From an uncultured virus (IMG/VR IMGVR_UViG_3300033150_001293) (Duplodnaviria > Heunggongvirae > Uroviricota > Caudoviricetes), in IMG/VR virus record IMGVR_UViG_3300033150_001293: DNA of 20,000 nt. One strand, written 5' to 3'. Made by a program: the position numbers and the translations under genes. How positions within the stretch are numbered: position 1 is the stretch's first letter; each line of letters starts with the position of its first letter. Below are positions 14,713-20,000 of the stretch, in pieces. The notes under the pieces are model-generated. The model saw only the letters and a program-made list of their open reading frames with translations, did no database searches and had not been told where the DNA came from.

Positions 14713-16383
14713 TTAGCGGCGGACCATGCCGCCGAGCTTGCGCAGGGCCAAAAGCAGCCCCCTACCTTCACCGCCGTTTCCCTCGGATGACTTGTCCTCG
14801 ACCGTCTTTCCGCTATGACGGGAAGTTGAAGTGTGTTGCGAGTAGTTTGGGTCCATAGTGTAGATAAGGGACCAGCGGCTTGCGGCTCTGTTTTGGCTGC
14901 CTCGACGCCTATCCAGTGACTTGTCTTCGACCGTCTTTCCGCTATAACGGGAAGTTGAAGTGTGTTGCGAGTCTTCGTCCCCGGCCGATTTCAGCACCGC
15001 GTCTAGGTCGGACATGATGCTCCGGGCAAGCGACTTTGTCTCCCGATCTACGTCTCGTTTGCCGATGGCCTCCGCGTTGTCGCGGGCCTCCCGGATACGC
15101 CCCTCGTTGGCCTTGGACAGAGAGCGGCCCGACTTGAACTCGGCAGCCGTCTTTTCGCTATGATGGGAAGCTGAAGTTTGTTGCGAGGGCTGGTGCGCCG
15201 TCAGGTGCGACAGCACCCTCTCCAGATCCGCCCCGCCGAGCCCGCTTACTTGCCCGGCCCTCGCCTTGGCGTTGTTGACGCCGTTGATTGACGCCTTGCC
15301 GGCATTGGCGTGCCCCGGCGGGAAGTGGTGCGGCAGCGACAGGTCGCCGAATGTGCCGCCCCCGGCGTCCCAAGCATAGTGCTTGGCGATCTTGGCCTTC
15401 TCGGCGACAGAAAGATCGTCCCACTGTTTGTCGGTGAAGTCCGAGAGCGTCGGCTTTTTCCAGTCGCCCTCGACCGCTTCGCCGCCGCCATTGGGCGGGT
15501 TCGGCGGGACGGACTTTTCGGCGGCCGTCTTTTCGCTATGATGGGATATTGAAGTGTGTTGCGAGTCTAGGAGCGGGACGGGCTCGGGCAGCGGATCGCC
15601 ATCGACATCTGCCGCCGCGTCAGGGGCGGGCTCTGGTTCGGCCTTGGTTCCCTGCACCACCACCGGCCGCTCGTCAAACAGCTTGCCGGCCCAGCCCTTG
15701 ACCATCGGATGGGCCAGCTTGCCGCGGCTGAACGCCGTGAGAACGGCGTCGATCTCCGCCCCGCGATTTGACGCCACCGACACGGGCGACCGCTCCATCA
15801 CCTCGTAGCGGTGGATGTGGTAGCCGACGAACTCGCCGTCGCCGTTAAGCATCTCCTCCCATGCCGGGTCTTCCTCGTCCACGTTGTCGTCCGGCAGAAA
15901 ACCGTGGGACATGCGGCGGACCGCCCCGAACTCGATAAGCTGCGCCACGTCGCGGCCGAGGGCGTTGTTGATAATCGCCTCGCGGGTCCGCAGCCGCTTG
16001 CTGTTCTGCTCCAGTATCTTGACGAGCTTGCCGATAGGCTCCGTGTGGAGATGGTTCCAGAGCAACGGGCCCAAAAGATCCACCCTTGCTCCCTTGGGGT
16101 CTAGTATGTCGCCGTCCCGATCCTTGTCGCCCGTCGTGAGCGTCGTGTCGTAAATCAGCACCGCGCCGCTGGTATGGTCGTCCGCGGCCTTCTGCCGAGT
16201 CGCCTTTTCGACTATCGCGGAACTCTCGCAGTAGACCAGCTTGCCCTCTGCTTCCTTAACCGCCTCCGGATCGACGCCGGGCACGCCGCACAGGTACATC
16301 GACGCCCGACCGATCCCCCACCGGCCGCCTTTGCGGTCCGCTAGACGCCCTAGGATCGTCTCAGCCGCATGTTCTTGGGACAT
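14713..16383 (-). CDS. Prohead (capsid maturation) protease, HK97 family, with C-terminal accessory domains separated by repeat linkers
   Basis: DRDGDI.DPKG, PLLWNH..EPIGK, MSHGF and E.SPVSVASN.GA motifs. Later LPHH-containing domain and KSGRSLSKANE..I..A helix. ATG 16383 has a GGGAG RBS. Confidence 0.9.
   Translation of the reverse strand: MSQEHAAETILGRLADRKGGRWGIGRASMYLCGVPGVDPEAVKEAEGKLVYCESSAIVEKATRQKAADDHTSGAVLIYDTTLTTGDKDRDGDILDPKGARVDLLGPLLWNHLHTEPIGKLVKILEQNSKRLRTREAIINNALGRDVAQLIEFGAVRRMSHGFLPDDNVDEEDPAWEEMLNGDGEFVGYHIHRYEVMERSPVSVASNRGAEIDAVLTAFSRGKLAHPMVKGWAGKLFDERPVVVQGTKAEPEPAPDAAADVDGDPLPEPVPLLDSQHTSISHHSEKTAAEKSVPPNPPNGGGEAVEGDWKKPTLSDFTDKQWDDLSVAEKAKIAKHYAWDAGGGTFGDLSLPHHFPPGHANAGKASINGVNNAKARAGQVSGLGGADLERVLSHLTAHQPSQQTSASHHSEKTAAEFKSGRSLSKANEGRIREARDNAEAIGKRDVDRETKSLARSIMSDLDAVLKSAGDEDSQHTSTSRYSGKTVEDKSLDRRRGSQNRAASRWSLIYTMDPNYSQHTSTSRHSGKTVEDKSSEGNGGEGRGLLLALRKLGGMVRR
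14751..14842 (+). repeat. Dispersed repeat, full-length copy A (92 bp)
   Basis: Aligns end to end with 16924-17015 (10 substitutions and two 1-nt gaps by manual count). Confidence 0.95.
14853..14909 (+). repeat. 57-bp copy of 5417-5473 (3' end of head-tail connector gene)
   Basis: ccatagtgtagataagggaccagcggcttgcggctctgttttggctgcctcgacgcc vs ccatagtgtagataagggactagcagcttgcggctctgcttcggcagtctcgacgcc, 51/57 identical. Confidence 0.95.
14917..14972 (+). repeat. Dispersed repeat copy B (56 bp)
   Basis: tgacttgtcttcgaccgtctttccgctataacgggaagttgaagtgtgttgcgagt, 2 mismatches to copy A. Confidence 0.95.
15141..15187 (+). repeat. Dispersed repeat copy C
   Basis: cggcagccgtcttttcgctatgatgggaagctgaagtttgttgcgag. 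Confidence 0.9.
15512..15566 (+). repeat. Dispersed repeat copy D
   Basis: gacttttcggcggccgtcttttcgctatgatgggatattgaagtgtgttgcgagt. Confidence 0.9.
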
Positions 16384-16570
16384 ATTCGGCTCCCTGTTTG
16401 CTGTGCGCTTTCTGTGTTGCGAGTTTCCACGCTCCAAACGTGTTCCGCTTGGCCCGCTCCTCGGTCGCCCTGATCTCCTTGGTCCGGCAAGCCGGACACG
16501 GGCCCACGTCCGGCTTGTCGCCGACCACGACCACCCGCTCCCCCGATCCGCCGCACGCCCTGCACGTCAT
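16361..16570 (-). CDS. Mini zinc-ribbon protein (CxxCxGxG...CxxC)
   Basis: MTCRACGGSG...GPCPAC. Starts just after the terminator and overlaps the protease start. Confidence 0.6.
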   Translation of the reverse strand: MTCRACGGSGERVVVVGDKPDVGPCPACRTKEIRATEERAKRNTFGAWKLATQKAHSKQGAEYVPRTCG

Positions 16571-16581
16571 GATCGCCCCAC

Positions 16582-16629
16582 AAAAAAAGGCCCCGGTCGA
16601 CTAAGCCATACGGCTCGTCGAACGGGGCC
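16582..16629 (-). terminator. Intrinsic terminator between the small leader ORF and the structural genes
   Basis: Minus strand GGCCCCG-TTCGAC-GAGCC-GTAT-GGCTT-AGTCGAC-CGGGGCC-TTTTTTT. Confidence 0.85.
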
Positions 16630-16649
16630 CGGTGTTCCCGCTGCCCGTC

Positions 16650-16877
16650 CTATGTCGTTGTTCTGTCTGGTGTTACGGTCTGTTCGACCCTCGGCCGGAC
16701 AGTCACCACCTGACCGGCTTGCCACACGATCTCGATGCCCGTGCGGCCGAAAAAGTCCGTCCCCGCCGCCCCCAGTTGGGCGCGGAACGCCCTCTCCGCC
16801 TGCTCCAGCAGGCTCACTGTCTCGCCCGCCACAGTATTGATCTTCGTGCCGAAATCATAGCAGACAAGGCGGTCCAT
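16650..16877 (-). CDS. Small protein, DUF2292/YezD-like pattern, probably leaderless
   Basis: FFG.TGIEIVWQAGQVVTVR..VEQTV resembles the G.V.I..QDG.V..I...E pattern. ATG lies at the predicted +1. Confidence 0.6.
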   Translation of the reverse strand: MDRLVCYDFGTKINTVAGETVSLLEQAERAFRAQLGAAGTDFFGRTGIEIVWQAGQVVTVRPRVEQTVTPDRTTT

Positions 16878-16883
16878 GCCAAT

Positions 16884-16912
16884 AGTCTACCCGCGGGGCG
16901 GGGACGTGTCAA
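16884..16912 (-). promoter_or_regulatory. Sigma70-type promoter TTGACA-17 bp-TAGACT
   Basis: Perfect -35 (16907-16912), 17-bp spacer, -10 TAGACT (16884-16889). ATG follows after 6 nt. Confidence 0.85.
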
Positions 16913-16923
16913 CACGTTTCGGG

Positions 16924-17015
16924 AAAGCAGCCCCCGACTTTCACCACCGTTTCCCTCAGATGACTTGTCGGCAACCGTCTTTTTCGCTATGATGGGAAGT
17001 GAAGTGTGTTGTGAG
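16924..17015 (+). repeat. Dispersed repeat, full-length copy E (92 bp)
   Basis: Matches copy A. Overlaps the last codons of 16987..17721 in a different frame and the intergenic region upstream of the promoter. Confidence 0.95.
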
Positions 17016-17721
17016 CGAGGCGTTCGGCCGCCCTGGCCTCCTCTGGAGTGCATCCTCGCCACATTCCCTGCGATACGTACCACCAGGTGCCGGCTTCGGC
17101 CCGCCTTACCGTCCGAGATGCGGCCTGCCAGCCGCTCTTTCTTTCATACCAACGGACTATTTGGATCGTGCCCTCCCCGGCCTTCTGCGTGCTGTAGTTT
17201 CCGGAAATCTGAATACTGTATTCTCCGGTAATCTGTACGCTACAGCCCCCGGTAATCTGCACGCTACAGTCCTCGGAAATCTGTACGCTGCAATCCTCGG
17301 AAATCTGCACGCTACAGTCCCGTGCCTCCTGCTTGCTGTCTCTCCCGGCCGTCTGCGTGCTGCCATATCCGGTCTTCTGTATGATCCTGTCTCCGCCGGC
17401 CAGCTGAGCATTTGCGATATACTCTTCCTGAACGCAACAGTGATATTTCAGCCAATCCCTCAAGGCGGCTCGCGTCCTTGCCTCGTCGCGTGCCGGGTCA
17501 TGCCAGGCGGGTAGCAGCTTTTGGACGACGCGGAACACCCATGTCTCCGGATCGGTCGAGTAGTCCCCGTTTTTGGGCGTGATCTCCACCTTGAGAACGC
17601 TCGGACCACGGGCGCCATTGGCGTACAGGTTGTGCTCGTCGATGATGGCTTCATGGCTGTTGGTGGCACACGACCAAAGCACGGAGTTGCTCGTGAGTAC
17701 AAACGCCGCTGGAGTACACAT
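16987..17721 (-). CDS. Hypothetical phage protein with degenerate ice-nucleation-like octapeptide repeats
   Basis: AGGAG RBS. N-terminal MC....V....VLW....SHE.II...VEI.P domain, then TGYGSTQTAG..S.Q and 24-bp tandem units at about 17170-17380. Confidence 0.75.
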   Translation of the reverse strand: MCTPAAFVLTSNSVLWSCATNSHEAIIDEHNLYANGARGPSVLKVEITPKNGDYSTDPETWVFRVVQKLLPAWHDPARDEARTRAALRDWLKYHCCVQEEYIANAQLAGGDRIIQKTGYGSTQTAGRDSKQEARDCSVQISEDCSVQISEDCSVQITGGCSVQITGEYSIQISGNYSTQKAGEGTIQIVRWYERKSGWQAASRTVRRAEAGTWWYVSQGMWRGCTPEEARAAERLAHNTLHFPS

Positions 17722-17782
17722 GGCTAATCTCCTTTGGGTTCGGTGCCACCCGCCTACCCGGTGGCCCGGTTAAGCGTCAATG

Positions 17783-17838
17783 AAAAATAATGCGCTCGGG
17801 GGCCCCAGGAGAGACCCCAGCGTCCACCCCCGAGCGCC
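17783..17838 (-). terminator. Possible terminator hairpin
   Basis: Minus strand GCGCTCGGGG...CCCCGAGCGC followed by ATTATTTTT, just after the 17856 stop. Confidence 0.5.
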
Positions 17839-17855
17839 GGCCAAGGACGCTGGAG

Positions 17856-18071
17856 CTAGCTGTTTCTCTTTCGCTGCGGCACCAGCCGATCGTACTCCTC
17901 GAGCGCTTGCCGCTTCTCGCCCGCGGGCACCAGCTGCCAAGCCCCGGCGATCCGCTGGAACTGTTGGTACGTCGAGAGGATCTCTCTCGCGTCACTCACC
18001 GAGACGAACACGATATCCGACTCGGCCGGGACACGGTCGACCTCCTCCTGGAGGGCCTCGAAGGCATTCAT
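17856..18071 (-). CDS. Small hypothetical protein
   Basis: 71 aa, AGGAG RBS, helical composition. Confidence 0.65.
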   Translation of the reverse strand: MNAFEALQEEVDRVPAESDIVFVSVSDAREILSTYQQFQRIAGAWQLVPAGEKRQALEEYDRLVPQRKRNS

Positions 18072-18121
18072 CGCAATCTCCTAGGTTATCCGATTTGGAC
18101 CGATTCGACAAAATAGTCTTG

Positions 18122-18706
18122 CTACGTCCACCGAAGATACGGCACCATGCAGTTGTGCTGAGAAGTGTATTGCGAGAGCAGGACTTTCCATGGGATATGG
18201 TCCCGCACAAAAGAAACAGCCGTCGCGGCAGCCGATGGGACCACATGGCTTGCTGTGGAAACCACATAGTCTACTGTGCAAATTGCATGGCGCGTCGCCT
18301 TACCGTCAGTCGCCTCGGCCGCATGGATTGCCGCGTCAACTGCCAGATACGCTGCGCGCGCTGCATCATCTTCCCAATACGTTGCTCCCTTTGCTCTGTC
18401 GATTGCCTCCTTGACTTTGCCAATGGACGTGCCGCCTTGCAGCCACCGACGCATCATCTCGATAGCCTGTTTTGTCGGACGGCCCTTGTCGGCAGGCACA
18501 CAGGACAGGGCTAGCTCGGCACAATCGCACACGATGGCGATCATCCGGTTCTGATCGACACCACAACGCTCTGCGACCCACAGCATCCAGTCGGCGCGTT
18601 CGCATTGCTCCCACGCCTCTTGGGGGTCGCGGTTGCCGAACCAGTCGAGGGCCTGTTGGCAGGCACCCCATTCTTTCAGCAATTCGACGCAATCTGGATT
18701 GTTCAT
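18122..18706 (-). CDS. Imm5-like helical phage protein
   Basis: AC..AL.W...AW..C.RADWMLW; CDCAELAL......D..RP..AIE..RRW..G; Ala-rich AARAA..A..AA. Confidence 0.65.
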   Translation of the reverse strand: MNNPDCVELLKEWGACQQALDWFGNRDPQEAWEQCERADWMLWVAERCGVDQNRMIAIVCDCAELALSCVPADKGRPTKQAIEMMRRWLQGGTSIGKVKEAIDRAKGATYWEDDAARAAYLAVDAAIHAAEATDGKATRHAICTVDYVVSTASHVVPSAAATAVSFVRDHIPWKVLLSQYTSQHNCMVPYLRWT

Positions 18707-18721
18707 TATTGCATCCCCTGA

Positions 18722-19390
18722 CTAGCGAACCACACGATATTTGCTCAGGTCCAATGTTAGACCCTCAGCCAGCGTGCAGCGACGAAGGTCGAGGCAACCG
18801 CCAATCGACTCGGGTAGCGTCAAATCGGTAGGCAGTGCGCAATTGTTGAAGTAGAGTGAACTGCCTACTGATTTGGGTGGTGTCAGACCAGCAGGTAGCA
18901 CACAGTTGCTAAGGTCGAGCCAATTACCGATCGACTCGGGTAGCTTTAGCCCAGCAGGTAGCTTGCAACCGCTAAGGTCGAGCCAACCGCCTATCGACTT
19001 GGGTAACGCCACTCCGGCGGGTAGCAGGCAATAGCGAAGATTGAGCGAGCCATCCATCGACTCGGGTAGCTTCAAATTAGCGGATAGTATGTAGCCGCTA
19101 AAGTCAAGCGAGCCGCCTTTCTCTGACACCTGGGCGATACAGGCATTCAGCGCTTCTTCCCGCGTCGGGTATTTCGCCAGGATGGCTGACTTCAGCACGC
19201 TGGGATTCTCCCCAAGTGCGGCACGCACCGTGAGACTGGCGCCGTCGTCATCCTCGGTCCACTCCCATTCCCGGTACGTCTCCGGCTTGAGACCGAACGC
19301 CTTCACCGTACGCTCGTGATGCCGCAGGTCGGCGCAGAGCACTCGCGGGTATCGCTCGATCGTGACCACGCCGGATAAAAATTCGCACAT
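18722..19390 (-). CDS. Phage protein with 22-aa LRR-like repeats (LPESIGGxLDLSGC)
   Basis: ATG 19390 in a TAATG overlap. About 5.5 units of 66 bp at about 18760-19120. Confidence 0.8.
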   Translation of the reverse strand: MCEFLSGVVTIERYPRVLCADLRHHERTVKAFGLKPETYREWEWTEDDDGASLTVRAALGENPSVLKSAILAKYPTREEALNACIAQVSEKGGSLDFSGYILSANLKLPESMDGSLNLRYCLLPAGVALPKSIGGWLDLSGCKLPAGLKLPESIGNWLDLSNCVLPAGLTPPKSVGSSLYFNNCALPTDLTLPESIGGCLDLRRCTLAEGLTLDLSKYRVVR

Positions 19391-19602
19391 TATGTTGTCC
19401 CCCGTCTGCGAGTCACCAGATAGCGGAATCCTTCCCCGAACCACATTGTCGTGTCGTCGTCAAGTGTGGCTTCGAGATAGGATGAGCCTTCTGGGTACTG
19501 ACCGGGGAATAGAGACACCACGCTTTGACCGGTCACTAGCACGTCGCCAGTCTGGATTTCCAACCCGCCAACGTACAGCCGTTTTTGTGTTTCCGATTCC
19601 AT
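19390..19602 (-). CDS. Small hypothetical protein
   Basis: MESETQKRLYVGGLEIQTGDVLV... Start could be 19623. Confidence 0.55.
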   Translation of the reverse strand: MESETQKRLYVGGLEIQTGDVLVTGQSVVSLFPGQYPEGSSYLEATLDDDTTMWFGEGFRYLVTRRRGTT

Positions 19603-19670
19603 CGTCTTGTTCCTGTGATTCAATACCCCCTCCCCGGATGCAAGCAGAGCCGGGGAAGGGGAAGCAAAGG

Positions 19671-20000
19671 TCAGTTGGCGATCATCTCCTCGGCAGCGTC
19701 CTTAGCCAGCGACAGCGTTTGCATCAGATACTTGCGGTTGATGTCGGCGGCCTCCGCATGCTCTCGCGCATTGTGGCACGCCGCCTCGATCGACGGGCCG
19801 TAGCCAATGGCTTCCCAACGGCCGTGTTCCTCGTCGTAGCCCTGACAGGCCCCCCAAGACTGGCACACATGGACGCGGTAGCGGTCGTAGCACGCCGCCA
19901 CGATCGACGAGCCGCGGCCAATGACCTCCCGGCGGCCGTGTTCCTCATCGTAGCTCTGACAGATCCCCCAAGACTGGCACACATGGACGCGGTAGCGGTC
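19671..20000 (-). CDS. Hypothetical protein with 38-aa tandem duplication (partial, starts beyond right edge)
   Basis: Frame is open to 20000. DRYRVHVCQSWG.CQ.YDEEHGR.E.IG.G.SI.AAC occurs twice. Confidence 0.6.
   Translation of the reverse strand, partial: DRYRVHVCQSWGICQSYDEEHGRREVIGRGSSIVAACYDRYRVHVCQSWGACQGYDEEHGRWEAIGYGPSIEAACHNAREHAEAADINRKYLMQTLSLAKDAAEEMIAN
19777..20000. repeat. 114-bp-period tandem duplication
   Basis: 19777-19886 vs 19891-20000, 12 mismatches in 110 bp by manual count. Confidence 0.95.

Noticed and set aside
14751..15566. Canonical CRISPR array
   Set aside because: Repeat lengths (47-92 bp) and intervals are irregular, two of three intervals encode recognisable protease-associated domains, and no cas gene is in the window.
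16924..17015. Hammerhead or other known ribozyme/riboswitch in the repeat
   Set aside because: CTGAGG and GAAAC are adjacent with no stem II and are not conserved in copy A. I recognise no known RNA consensus; an Rfam search is needed.
17170..17380. Functional ice nucleation protein
   Set aside because: Only about 8 octapeptides and one near-canonical unit. Real InaZ-type proteins have far more repeats and different flanking domains.
17751..17780. Second sigma70 promoter (TTGACG...TAGGCG, minus strand)
   Set aside because: The -10 lacks the conserved final T and spacing is 18 bp; too weak to call.
331..19803. Long plus-strand ORFs (e.g. 3935..4999, 7841..9280, 11236..12771) and alternative minus-strand frames such as 13605..14771
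   Set aside because: They are shadow ORFs of GC-rich genes: Arg/Pro-rich, no motifs, and fully overlapping better-supported minus-strand genes.
5417..20000. Diversity-generating retroelement TR/VR pair (5417 vs 14853, 19777 vs 19891, A vs E)
   Set aside because: Mismatches are not confined to adenines of one copy on either strand, and no reverse transcriptase is visible.

Overview
The window is the morphogenesis module of a GC-rich tailed phage or prophage, with every credible gene on the minus strand. It is siphovirus-like: a TP901-type tape measure protein and no sheath gene in view. In transcription order (right to left) it has small accessory genes (17-20 kb; Imm5-like, LRR-like and octapeptide-repeat proteins), then a near-consensus sigma70 promoter, a leaderless small ORF and an intrinsic terminator. 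These are followed by an HK97-type prohead protease, major capsid protein, a CgeB-like glycosyltransferase, small Zn-finger proteins, a fibre/spike-like beta-helix protein and accessory virion proteins. Last come the head-tail connector, head closure, gp10-like and tail terminator proteins, tail tube, a tail assembly chaperone with a clear -1 frameshift site, and the tape measure gene running off the left edge. The most unusual signal is a dispersed, strictly co-oriented repeat family (core GAAGTGTGTTGCGAG on +, 8 copies; longest form about 92 bp). Four copies are in-frame in the protease gene, one sits beside the operon promoter, and short cores mark gene ends. Two adjacent copies flank a 57-bp piece that is a diverged, out-of-frame copy of the 3' end of the head-tail connector gene 9.4 kb away. 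All product calls come from motif recognition and synteny, not database searches.
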